Positions 51,767-61,005 of a stretch of DNA of 64,000 nt are shown here, piece by piece. The DNA lies in assembly GCA_965226885.1 (NCBI GenBank), contig CBDDEL010000013.1, positions 128,001 to 192,000 of the forward strand. Direction: 5' to 3'. A model generated the notes under the pieces. It saw only the letters and a program-made list of their open reading frames with translations. It was not told the DNA's origin and searched no databases. Position numbers and translations under genes: made by a program. The first letter of the stretch is position 1; each line of letters begins with the position of its first letter. This DNA comes from Opitutales bacterium. Its GTDB lineage: Bacteria > Verrucomicrobiota > Verrucomicrobiia > Opitutales > UBA2987.

Positions 51767-52714
51767 CTAAGGGACAATCCGAGTGCCCGTTTCTCCGATT
51801 AGGGCGCGCTCGATATTTTCCGGATCGGTAATAATGGCCTCTTTGCCGCCTCGTTCCAGAAAATGGATGGCGGCTTCAATTTTCGGGGCCATGCTGCCGC
51901 CGGCGAAATGAATCCCTTCGGCCAGGTATTGTTTAGCCTCGGCCAGGGTCATGCGGTCGATCCACTGCTGGTTCGGTTTGCCGAAATGCAAGGCCACTTT
52001 TTCCACCGCGGTGCTGACAATAAAGAGTTCAGCGCCGATTTCATTGGCCAAGAGCGCGCTGGCGTGGTCCTTGTCAATGACGGCGGCCACCCCTTGGAGG
52101 TAGCCATCTTCATTCGCCACCACGGGGATGCCTCCACCTCCAGCCGCAATTACCACGAAACCATCCTCAATGAGTTTTTTAATGGCCTCCACTTCGACGA
52201 TACGGATGGGTTTGGGGGAGGCTACTACCCGCCGCCAACCCCGCCCGGCGTCCTCCATCACATGCCATCCGTCCAACTCCCGGCGTCTCTCCGCAATCTC
52301 TTTGTCCATGAATGAACCGATGGGTTTGGAGGGGGTTTGAAAACCGGGATCGTCGCGCGATACTTCCACTTGGGTTACCACCGTGACGGCTTTTTTATCC
52401 AGACCGAATTCCTTGAATTCATTGTATAGGTTTTGCTGGAGAGAGTAGCCGATGGAGCCCTGGGAATTGGCACCGCACACCTCCAGGGGCACTTCGTGCA
52501 ATTCATGCAACGACAGCTCCGAACGCCGCAGCATGAAACCTACCTGAGGGCCGTTGCCGTGGGCGATGACCACATCCCATCCATCCTTGATCATGGAAAC
52601 GATATGATCGCAGGTCTCCTTGGCTGCGATGTATTGATCCCTTACGGTTTGGTGAAATTTATCTTTGATCAGCGAATTTCCACCGATCGCCACAACGGCG
52701 ATTTTTTTGGCCAT
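51767..52714 (-). CDS. arcC: Carbamate kinase (ArcC/YqeA family)
   Basis: AIGGNSL, HGNGPQVG, PSKPIG, WRRVVASP, GGGGIPV, AVIDKD, GSMAPK. Confidence 0.93.
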   Translation of the reverse strand: MAKKIAVVAIGGNSLIKDKFHQTVRDQYIAAKETCDHIVSMIKDGWDVVIAHGNGPQVGFMLRRSELSLHELHEVPLEVCGANSQGSIGYSLQQNLYNEFKEFGLDKKAVTVVTQVEVSRDDPGFQTPSKPIGSFMDKEIAERRRELDGWHVMEDAGRGWRRVVASPKPIRIVEVEAIKKLIEDGFVVIAAGGGGIPVVANEDGYLQGVAAVIDKDHASALLANEIGAELFIVSTAVEKVALHFGKPNQQWIDRMTLAEAKQYLAEGIHFAGGSMAPKIEAAIHFLERGGKEAIITDPENIERALIGETGTRIVP

Positions 52715-52845
52715 AATTGCCTCCTTTTATCCTGTCATTGGCATTGAACAACTAATAAACAGAATGATCGGACATTTGCTCTGGTCCCGTGTTAGGGGGA
52801 AGAGCAAAATTCCAATCCTTCCAAGTCCAGCGAATTTTACCCTGA

Positions 52846-53823
52846 CTAATTCATGGTCAGGGCCATTACCGCCTTTTGCGCGTGCAGTCGATTCTCCGCC
52901 TGGTCGAAAACGACTGATTGAGGCCCATCGATGACGCTGTCGCTAACTTCCACGTTTCTGTCTGCAGGGAGAGGATGCATGTAAATAGCGTCCGGGTCGG
53001 CCATGGCCATACGACGCTCGTCCGTGATCCAGTCCTTATATTTGTCGATGATGCGGGCGCCTTCTTCATCATCGGTGGTGGTGTTCATGGCACCCCAGCT
53101 TTTCGCATAGACGATATCGCTTCCCTTAATGCCAGCTTCAAAATCGTCCATCACTTCCAGGCTGCCGCGGTGTTTGCGGGCGTTTTCCTGGGCTTGTTCG
53201 ACGATGTGGGGCATGAGATTGAACTCGGGCGGGTGCACCAGGCGCACGTTCATGCCGTAGCGGGTCAAGAGCAGGATGAGGCTTTGCGGTACGCTCATCG
53301 GTTTTTGATAACTGGCCGCGTAGGCCCAGCTAACCGTGATCGTTTTACCCCGGGGATCGCCCTTCTTTTCCATGATCGTTTGCAGGTCTGCCAGAATCTG
53401 GAAGGGGTGATAGGTTTCGCACTGCATATTTAGTACCGGCACCCGGCAGGCTTCGGCCGCCCAGCGCAGGTATTGCGTGCCCACACCCCAATCGCAGTGG
53501 CGAATGGCCAACCCATCGGTGTAGCGGCCCAGGATTTCGCCGATTTCCCTTGTCCCGTCGCCATGGGAGATCTGGGTGGACGAACTGGCCAAAAACATGC
53601 CATGACCGCCAAGCTGGGCCATCCCCGCTTCGAAAGAAGACCGGGTCCGCGTGCTGGAGAAAAAGAAGAGCATAGTCAGCACCTTGTCCCTCAGATAGGC
53701 ATGAGGCAGCCCCAGGGCTCTTTTCCTTTTCAGGTCTACCGCCACGTCCATGACTGTATCGATTTCTTCTTTAGTCCATTCCTGTGTCGTGATCATGTCA
53801 CGACCTCTTAAATAAGTCTGCAT
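52846..53823 (-). CDS. Non-canonical (YgeW-like, knotted-type) carbamoyltransferase
   Basis: SSTRTR, HPFQILAD, SWAYAASYQKPMSVPQS, YAKSWG and HPLPAD; lacks the SMG ornithine-binding loop of ArgF/ArcB. Confidence 0.8.
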   Translation of the reverse strand: MQTYLRGRDMITTQEWTKEEIDTVMDVAVDLKRKRALGLPHAYLRDKVLTMLFFFSSTRTRSSFEAGMAQLGGHGMFLASSSTQISHGDGTREIGEILGRYTDGLAIRHCDWGVGTQYLRWAAEACRVPVLNMQCETYHPFQILADLQTIMEKKGDPRGKTITVSWAYAASYQKPMSVPQSLILLLTRYGMNVRLVHPPEFNLMPHIVEQAQENARKHRGSLEVMDDFEAGIKGSDIVYAKSWGAMNTTTDDEEGARIIDKYKDWITDERRMAMADPDAIYMHPLPADRNVEVSDSVIDGPQSVVFDQAENRLHAQKAVMALTMN

Positions 53824-53845
53824 CAGTTTAGTCCTATGTTATTTT

Positions 53846-53873
53846 AAAAAATCAAAGACGGCTTTCGCCGCCT
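53846..53873 (-). terminator. Terminator-like hairpin just upstream of the carbamoyltransferase
   Basis: Minus strand AGGCGGC-GAAA-GCCGTCT followed by TTGATTTTTT. Confidence 0.45.
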
Positions 53874-53995
53874 CCTTTCTGAAAAGAAAATCCTGTTTAT
53901 GACAAAGAAATCAAAGCAAGCCAATTAATTTCACTAATATTTAAGAAAACCACTACCGTGATTGAAAAATGGAGCCTCTTTGGCGGCCTTGTTTT

Positions 53996-55324
53996 TCATG
54001 CCCCGCGGAGCGGCAGCCGTGATTCAGCTGGTTGTTCGGCAGGGGACAGGCTCCACACAGTCTTTCCGGCCACTACGGTGTGGATAACCTTGCCCTTGAG
54101 CTTTTGTCCGTTCCAGGGGGAATTGGCCGAGCGGCTCTGGTAGTCTTCAGGGTTTGCCGTCCATTCCAGATTGGGATCAAAAATCGTAATGTCGGCATCG
54201 GCGCCGGGACTGAGCGCACCTTTGTCCAGTTTTAAAACAGCCGCCGGTTTATGGGTGAGAAGAGACAGGAGAAAAGACAGGTCGCAGTGACCGCCTTGCA
54301 CCAGGGTTTGCAGGCAGACCGCAAGCGCTGTTTCCAGGCCGATAATGCCAAATGGAGCGTAATCGAATTCGCGATCTTTTTCGTAATCGGTATGTGGGGC
54401 GTGATCGGTCGCAATACAGTCCAGGGTGCCGTCGAGCAAGCCGCCGATGAGCGCCTGGCGATCCTCCTCCGTACGCAGGGGTGGATTCATCTTGAAATTC
54501 ACATCGTAAGTTTTCAGGCCATCATCCGTTAGCGAAATATGATGCGGTGAAGCCTCCGCCGTGATGCGGATGCCCCGCTGCTTGGCCCGCCGGATGACAT
54601 CGACCGCATAGGCGGAGGTGATGTGCTGCAAATGAATGTGAGCGCCGCTGTAGGCCGAAAGGATGACATCCCGCGATACGATAATGTCCTCACCTGAATT
54701 GGGCCAGCCACGCAGGCCGTAGCGGATCGAGTTTACCCCTTCGTTCATGACGCCTCCTTCGGTCAAGGCTGCATCCTGGCAATGATCCATCACACAGAGA
54801 TCGAACATTTTGGCATACTCGACCGCCCGCCGCATTAATTCCGTATTTTGCACACAATCGCCGTCGTCCGTGATTGCGATTACGCCGGCTCGCTGTAGAG
54901 AACCGGTGGGGGCCAGCAGCTTGCCCTCGCGCCTGACCGTAATGCAGCCCGTCGGGTAAACATTGACTACCGCCTCGCGTGCGATGGCGTCCTTGATGTA
55001 CTGGATGGTTCCGGCATTGTCGGCCGGGGGCGAGGTATTGGGCATGCAGACGACTGTGGTGAACCCGCCGGCGGCTGCGGCGCGGGTCCCGCTGCCAATA
55101 TTTTCCTTGTGAGTTTGTCCCGGTTCCCTCAGGTGGACATGGATATCGACAAACCCCGGGCAGACGACCAGCCCACCCGCATCGACACGCCGGGCCGATT
55201 GCTTCTGTTCCTCGCTCAGTTCCGCCACAATTTTCCCCTCAACCGCGAAGACATCCCCGGTTTCATCCCTATTGTTTGCCGGATCGATGACCCGCCCGCC
55301 GCTTATCCAAAGTATGTCGCTCAT
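53996..55324 (-). CDS. pyrC: Dihydroorotase
   Basis: DIHVHLREPG, MPNT, KMNPPLR, ATDHAPH, PFGIIGLE. Confidence 0.94.
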   Translation of the reverse strand: MSDILWISGGRVIDPANNRDETGDVFAVEGKIVAELSEEQKQSARRVDAGGLVVCPGFVDIHVHLREPGQTHKENIGSGTRAAAAGGFTTVVCMPNTSPPADNAGTIQYIKDAIAREAVVNVYPTGCITVRREGKLLAPTGSLQRAGVIAITDDGDCVQNTELMRRAVEYAKMFDLCVMDHCQDAALTEGGVMNEGVNSIRYGLRGWPNSGEDIIVSRDVILSAYSGAHIHLQHITSAYAVDVIRRAKQRGIRITAEASPHHISLTDDGLKTYDVNFKMNPPLRTEEDRQALIGGLLDGTLDCIATDHAPHTDYEKDREFDYAPFGIIGLETALAVCLQTLVQGGHCDLSFLLSLLTHKPAAVLKLDKGALSPGADADITIFDPNLEWTANPEDYQSRSANSPWNGQKLKGKVIHTVVAGKTVWSLSPAEQPAESRLPLRGA

Positions 55325-55334
55325 ATTATATTAA

Positions 55335-56297
55335 TTAAATTACCTCTTCACTGCTTACCGGATGCACCGCACTGGCGCACAGGTAGAGAACCGCCATGCG
55401 GCAGACGATGCCGTTGGTGACTTGCTCAAGGATGACGGAGTTGTCCGAATCGGCCAGTTTGGAGTCGATTTCCACTCCGCGGTTGATGGGTCCCGGGTGC
55501 ATGATGATGGTCCCCGGCTTGAGCCACGAGGCTCGCATGGCATTGAGGCCGAACATGCTCGTGTATTCCCCCAGAGATGGAAAATGGGTGGAGGTTTGCC
55601 GCTCGTGCTGGATGCGCAAAAGCATGAGGGCATCGGTGTCGATCAAGGCGCTCTTGAGGTCGTGGGAGACTTCCACCCCCATGGCGCTGAAATACTCCGG
55701 CACCAGTGTGGAGGGACCCACCAGGGTCACCTTGGCGCCAAGTTTCTGCATCGCCAAAATATTGGACCGGGCCACCCGGCTGAACAGGATGTCCCCCAGA
55801 ATGGTCACTTTTTTTCCCGTAAAATCACTGCCCCAGCGTTCCCGTAGGGTAAAGCAGTCCAGCAGCGCCTGGGTGGGGTGGGCATGGGCGCCGTCTCCCG
55901 CATTGATAACCGGAATGTCGATAATTTTACTCAGGTAATAAGAAGAACCGGCGGCGGAGTGGCGCATGACAAGCAAATCGGCATCCAGAGCGACGATGTT
56001 GCGGGCCGTATCGCGCAGCGTTTCCCCCTTCACCAGGCTGCTCGCCGAGGCCGCAATGAAGATGCTATCGGCGCTCAGCCGTGAAGCCGCGATTTCAAAA
56101 GATACCCGTGTCCGTGTGCTCGGTTCCATGAACAGGTTGACCACGGTTTTCCCCCTTAATGACGGCAATTTTTTCTGCGATCTGCCAAGCGTTTGCTTGA
56201 ATGAGGAGGCCAGTTTGAATATGGTTTCCAACTCATCCGGCGTGACATCCTCGATAGAGATAAAGTCTTTATGCGTCCAGCTACTGCTCAAAATCAT
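55335..56297 (-). CDS. pyrB: Aspartate carbamoyltransferase, catalytic subunit
   Basis: EPSTRTR, KGETL, HPTQALLD, RIQHER, HPGPINRGVEI. Confidence 0.95.
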   Translation of the reverse strand: MILSSSWTHKDFISIEDVTPDELETIFKLASSFKQTLGRSQKKLPSLRGKTVVNLFMEPSTRTRVSFEIAASRLSADSIFIAASASSLVKGETLRDTARNIVALDADLLVMRHSAAGSSYYLSKIIDIPVINAGDGAHAHPTQALLDCFTLRERWGSDFTGKKVTILGDILFSRVARSNILAMQKLGAKVTLVGPSTLVPEYFSAMGVEVSHDLKSALIDTDALMLLRIQHERQTSTHFPSLGEYTSMFGLNAMRASWLKPGTIIMHPGPINRGVEIDSKLADSDNSVILEQVTNGIVCRMAVLYLCASAVHPVSSEEVI

Positions 56298-56830
56298 GTT
56301 CCGTAAATCGTTAAAAAATTTTCACCAGCCTCATCGGCCTGCATGGAAAGCACCACCTTTTGTTCCGGTGTCGTCATCTCTGTAAAACCAATATAATCGG
56401 GTTGGATGGGCAGGCGCCGGTTGCCGCGGTCGCACAGGATCGCCAACTCCACCAGGGCCGGGCGGCCCTGGTCGAAAATTTCATTGAGGGCGGCCCGCGC
56501 GGTGCGCCCCGTAAAGAGCACATCATCGACCAGGATAACCGTAGCCCCTTCGATATCGAAAGGCAGCTCCGTGCGCTCGGTTGGGTTCGGTATCGGCTTG
56601 CGCCCGATATCGTCGCGGTGAAAGGCCACATTGACCGTGCCATGGGCGACGGGACGACTCAAATTGTCCGATAGACCCTGCGCAATCCGATGGCCGAGGG
56701 CGATCCCACCGTCTGCAATACTGGCCACAACCAGTTTTTCGGTCTCACGGTGGCGTTTGCAGATGGCTTGGACGAGGCTTTCGACAGCCTCCTGAATTTC
56801 CACGCTCTCAATCCGCTTAACTTCCTTCAT
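56294..56830 (-). CDS. pyrR: PyrR (pyr regulator / uracil phosphoribosyltransferase)
   Basis: FHRDDI, VILVDDVLFTGRT, DRGNRRLPIQPDY. Start taken at MKEVK (56830). Confidence 0.9.
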   Translation of the reverse strand: MKEVKRIESVEIQEAVESLVQAICKRHRETEKLVVASIADGGIALGHRIAQGLSDNLSRPVAHGTVNVAFHRDDIGRKPIPNPTERTELPFDIEGATVILVDDVLFTGRTARAALNEIFDQGRPALVELAILCDRGNRRLPIQPDYIGFTEMTTPEQKVVLSMQADEAGENFLTIYGT

Positions 56831-57128
56831 CAATTCGGCGGCAGATAATTGGGAGATATTATTCTCCAGCGCAATAGGATTTTCAAAAATTTTATTCACA
56901 GCTAAATTTACCCACAAAATCAGTTCCTCAGCACCGCCCCCCATCGCCCCCCATGGCATGGGCGATCCGTTTCAAGCCACACCATACCATAAATTCCCAA
57001 AACCGTCAATGGATAGGTTGGCTCCGTTTGATGCGTTTGAATAAACTTCAAAAAAAATACCAAAAACCACCAAATTGCGCCAAAATGTCCCACCAAAAAC
57101 AAATCCCCTTACCGCTCCCTCGCATTTT

Positions 57129-57930
57129 GGTAGTGTATAAAAAAAGAATGTTATTTTGTATTTTTAGCTGTACAAATAGCGTTAGGCAGTTTATTCTTAG
57201 TGCATGGTTACTAAAATTATTAATTGTCGGCACTGTGGAAGTGAAAATATCATTAAATTTGGCAAGACGCCCAACCATAAACAGCGCTACCGCTGCCATG
57301 ATTGTGGTAAACAAAGCCGCGAAAACCCCACAGTGAAATACACCGAAGAGCAAAAAGAAATGATCCTTCGAGTCTATCAGGAACGCAGCAGTCTACGCGG
57401 TTTACAGCGCGCCTTCGGGGTGAGTCCCAACACCGTTTTGAGTTGGTTAAAAAAAACGACAATCGCTGCGACCGCTCAAAAGCACGATTCTTGCGGCCCG
57501 CCGCCATGATGTCATTGAACTGGACGAACTGTGGTCTTTTGTGGGGCGCAAGAGCGATGCCCAATGGGTTTGGATCGCTCTTTGCCGACGCACCCGTCAA
57601 ATCCTCTCCTATGCCATTGGGCCTCGGGATTGGTATCGTTGCCGGGAACTTTACGAGCGTCTGCCACGGGCCTACAAAAGATGTGCCACCTACAGCGACT
57701 TTTGGAGCACTTATGATGAAGTCTTTCCTCATAACCGATCCGTGGGAAAAGAAACCGGTGAAACGGCCCATGTGGAACGATGGAACAATACCCTGCGCCA
57801 ACGACTGGGTCGTCTCACACGCAAAACCCTCTCCTTTTCCAAGCTTAAGAGTATGCATGAAACCTGTCTGAGACTTTTCATTCATCAATATAATCAAGAA
57901 TTAGCCACCATTCCTACTTAATACACTACC
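57129..57930 (+). mobile_element. IS1-family element, copy 1 (802 bp)
   Basis: TIRs GGTAGTGTAT / ATACACTACC; perfect 8-bp target duplication CGCATTTT. Confidence 0.93.
57204..57921 (+). CDS. IS1 transposase InsA (57204-57509) plus InsB (to 57921), joined across an A8 run
   Basis: CRHCGS...YRCHDCG zinc ribbon and HTH; ELDELWSFVG, SDFW and VERWNNTLR DDE motifs; A8 run at 57449-57456. Confidence 0.85.
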
Positions 57931-58225
57931 CGCATTTTTTGGTGGAATGAGCTGTTCTCAACACGTTTATTCAATAATCCCTCGGTATATAATCCCTTTT
58001 TAATTTCCCTACCGATTTGATCGAAAATAACAAAGGATAAGATTGCCAGATCACATTGAAAGCAGAAAAATGGATCGATATATAAGAAAGTAGCGATTTC
58101 CTACGATTATGAATGTTCATAGGGGAAAAATCGTCTAATCTCAAAGAGGTGTGTAAACGCCGGGGAAAAACCGGTACGGTAAAGAGGGCGCTTTAAAACC
58201 GGTACGCTTATCCTAGAAAGGAGGA

Positions 58226-59731
58226 GTGTATCGAGATATGAAGCAATGGACAAGAGTGCGGCACAAAGTGCTGCGGGACAAGCAGAGCAAGCGCTCTGTA
58301 ATGCGAGAAGAGGGACTGCACTGGGAGACCCTGGGAAAGATGCTGGCCTATTCCCAGCCGCCGGGATACCGGCGCAAGAAGAGGCGAGAGCGCAAGATCG
58401 ATCCGTATGTGGGCTGGATCGAGGAGGTGCTCAAAGCGGACCGGAACGTGCCCAAGAAGCAGCGCCATACGGCCAAACGGATCTACCAGCGTTTGGGTCG
58501 GGAGAAGGGCTACCAAGGGGGCTACACGGCGGTCAAGGAGGTGGTGGCCGAGCTGCGAGCGAGGCGGCGGGAAGTGTTCGTGCCGCTGGAGCACCGCCCC
58601 GGGGAGGGACAGGTGGACTTCGGTCATGCCCTGGTGAAGGAGGCGGGGCAATTGCGTAGGCGGCCATTTTTTGCCATGAGCCTGCCCTACAGCGATGCCT
58701 TTTTCGTGCAGGTGTTCGAACGGGAGTGCACGGAGAGCTTCTGGGAGGGGCACCTGCGAGCTTTTGAGTTTTTCGGGGCGGTGCCCCGGCGCATCAGCTA
58801 TGACAACTCGAAGGTGGCGGTGGGTAAGATTATCGGTTCGCGTGAACGCAAGCTGACCGACGGGTTTCTGCAGCTACAGAGCCATTACCTGTTCGAGGAA
58901 CACTTCTGTCTGCCCGCCCGGCCCAACGAGAAGGGCGTGGTCGAGGGGATCGTGCGTTATGCCCGGGCCAACTTCCTGGTACCGGTACCGCAGGTTCGGG
59001 ACCTGGAGGAACTCAACGCAAAGCTGTTGGAGGCATGTGAGCGGGACATGGAGCGTAAATTACGCGGGAAAAGGGCGGTGAAAAAGGAACTGCTGGCCGA
59101 GGAGCGCGCCGTCATGCTGGCGTTGCCGCCCATACCCTTTGAAGCGAGCCGCAAACGCTCGACCTGCGTCAGCAGCCTCTCGCTGGTGCGCTTCGAGTGC
59201 AACGACTATTCGGTGCCGGTGCGCTGCGCCCACCATCCGGTGGTGGTGGAAGGGTCCTGTCGGCAGGTGGTGATCTTCTGTGGGGGCCAAGAGGTGGCCC
59301 GGCACCGCCGCATTTGGGATAAAGAGCAAGTCTCTTTCGAGCCGGTGCACTACCTGGCTTTGCTGGAGAAAAAACCGGGCGCTTTGGACTTCGCCCGCCC
59401 ACTCTCGGGCTGGCAGTTGCCGCAGTGCCTGCAGGTCCTCAGACGCCGGCTCGAAAGCCAATGCGGGGGCGAAGGCACCCGGGAGTATATCCGGGTGCTG
59501 CGGCTGTTGGAGAAACACCCCATGGCGGCCTTGCAGCAGGCCGTCGTCTCGGCCCTGCGGGGGGGGGGACTGACTCGTGAGGCCATCGCCCAGTATCTCT
59601 ATCCTCAGGAAGACTACGGGAGCAGAACCTTCCGGCTGGACGGCCATCCACACCTGCGTCACGTCCGTGTGGCCGCCCCTGACCTCGGTGCCTACAGCGA
59701 ACTGCTCAAGATTCCAGGAGGGGCTTTATGA
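58226..59731 (+). CDS. istA: IS21 transposase IstA
   Basis: QVDFG, YDN, EKGVVE, YSVP. Confidence 0.93.
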   Translation: MYRDMKQWTRVRHKVLRDKQSKRSVMREEGLHWETLGKMLAYSQPPGYRRKKRRERKIDPYVGWIEEVLKADRNVPKKQRHTAKRIYQRLGREKGYQGGYTAVKEVVAELRARRREVFVPLEHRPGEGQVDFGHALVKEAGQLRRRPFFAMSLPYSDAFFVQVFERECTESFWEGHLRAFEFFGAVPRRISYDNSKVAVGKIIGSRERKLTDGFLQLQSHYLFEEHFCLPARPNEKGVVEGIVRYARANFLVPVPQVRDLEELNAKLLEACERDMERKLRGKRAVKKELLAEERAVMLALPPIPFEASRKRSTCVSSLSLVRFECNDYSVPVRCAHHPVVVEGSCRQVVIFCGGQEVARHRRIWDKEQVSFEPVHYLALLEKKPGALDFARPLSGWQLPQCLQVLRRRLESQCGGEGTREYIRVLRLLEKHPMAALQQAVVSALRGGGLTREAIAQYLYPQEDYGSRTFRLDGHPHLRHVRVAAPDLGAYSELLKIPGGAL

Positions 59732-60495
59732 AGGAAGAAAAAAACCAGCTGCTGTTACACCATCACCTCAAGAAACTGAAGTTGCCCACCATCCTGCGCG
59801 AATGGCCGGCGGTGGCCGCGGCTTGTTCCCGGGACCGGCTCGATTACGCCGCCTTTTTGTTGCATCTGGTCGAACGGGAGCTCATTGAACGCGAACAGCG
59901 GGCCGCCCAGCGGCGGATCAGAAACGCCCGTTTCCCCGTGCTCAAGACCCTCGAGAGCTTCGCCTTTGAAGCGCAGCCCTCGATCAACGAAGCGCTCATC
60001 CGAGAGCTCATGCGCGGGGAGTATGTCGACCAGCGCGAAAACGTGCTGCTCCTCGGTAACGCCGGTACCGGTAAAACGCACCTGGCCACCGCCCTGGGCT
60101 TTGCCGCCTGTGCCCAGGGCCGGCGGATCCGTTTCTTCGGGGTCACCGCCCTGGTTACCCATATGCTCGAGCAACGCGACAACCACGACCTGCAGCGCTT
60201 CATGAAGCAACTCGAAAGGCTCGACCTACTCATCCTCGACGAACTCGGTTACGTCCCTTTTTCCAAGACCGGTTCCGAACTGCTCTTCGACGTGGTCAGC
60301 CGCGCTTACGAGCGCACCAGTCTCATCGTCACCACCAACCTGCCCTTTGAGAACTGGATCGAAGTGCTCGGTTCCGAACGGCTCACCGGAGCTCTGCTGG
60401 ACCGACTCACCCATCGGGTGCATATCCTCGAAGCCAACGGGCAAAGCTACCGCTTGCGCGATGCTCGACGCCGTCGCCGTGGCACAAAACAATAA
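59728..60495 (+). CDS. istB: IS21 AAA+ helper ATPase IstB
   Basis: GNAGTGKT Walker A, LILDELGY Walker B, ALLDRLTH. Confidence 0.95.
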   Translation: MKEEKNQLLLHHHLKKLKLPTILREWPAVAAACSRDRLDYAAFLLHLVERELIEREQRAAQRRIRNARFPVLKTLESFAFEAQPSINEALIRELMRGEYVDQRENVLLLGNAGTGKTHLATALGFAACAQGRRIRFFGVTALVTHMLEQRDNHDLQRFMKQLERLDLLILDELGYVPFSKTGSELLFDVVSRAYERTSLIVTTNLPFENWIEVLGSERLTGALLDRLTHRVHILEANGQSYRLRDARRRRRGTKQ

Positions 60496-60668
60496 ACGCC
60501 TTGGGCCCGGCTCGTCGGCCTCCGGCCTCCTCACCGACCCCAAGCCAATCCCCAAAACCAACTCCCAAACCCTAAACCTTGACGTACCTGCAATTACTAA
60601 CCTAAACCTTATTCCAAGCGTACCGGTTTTACCCCGACCCCCGTACCGGTTTCATCCCGGCGTTTACA

Positions 60669-60856
60669 GTAGGCATAATGCGGCTATTATCGTTAGTATT
60701 GCTGCTTGGTCCGCCTTTCTTTGTTCCATGGATTACAAATATACGGTGAGGGATGAACAGAGGACTCTCAGGAAACTTTTCCTTTAGCATCTTATTATGC
60801 TTTCGATAGTCGCTCGCTGCTTTTCCGAAATCTACTTTCATTTTTTTGGTCATCAT
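60669..60856 (-). pseudogene. Probable internally deleted SAM-methyltransferase remnant
   Basis: MKVDFGKAASDYRKH (resembles an N-terminus) is directly fused to MLKEKFPESPLFIPHRIFVI (resembles a C-terminus); no SAM-binding core remains. Confidence 0.45.
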
Positions 60857-61005
60857 ATTGCAGGCTGCCTCTACGCAGCCCGTGATTGAGTATCCATAAA
60901 ATTTTGGCCTAATTTTGCAAGTAAGTTTGTAGTCCTTGGGCGAAGAAGAGGATTTTTCTGTTTCCCAAAATTCAAATCCTATCTCAAAGATCAGGGGTTT
61001 TATTC

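Larger units (their letters stand above)
58152..60668 (+). mobile_element. IS21-family element (2517 bp)
   Basis: TG...CA ends TGTAAACGCCGGG / CCCGGCGTTTACA with internal AAACCGGTACG repeats at both ends; no matching target duplication. Confidence 0.93.

Noticed and set aside
51767..53823. Arginine deiminase (arc) operon
   Set aside because: No arcA or arcD, and the transcarbamylase lacks the canonical ornithine-binding SMG motif.
56831..57128. N-terminal extension of PyrR, a PyrR attenuator, or small ORFs upstream
   Set aside because: No PyrR-binding-loop consensus or convincing protein similarity was seen; the region is disturbed by IS1.
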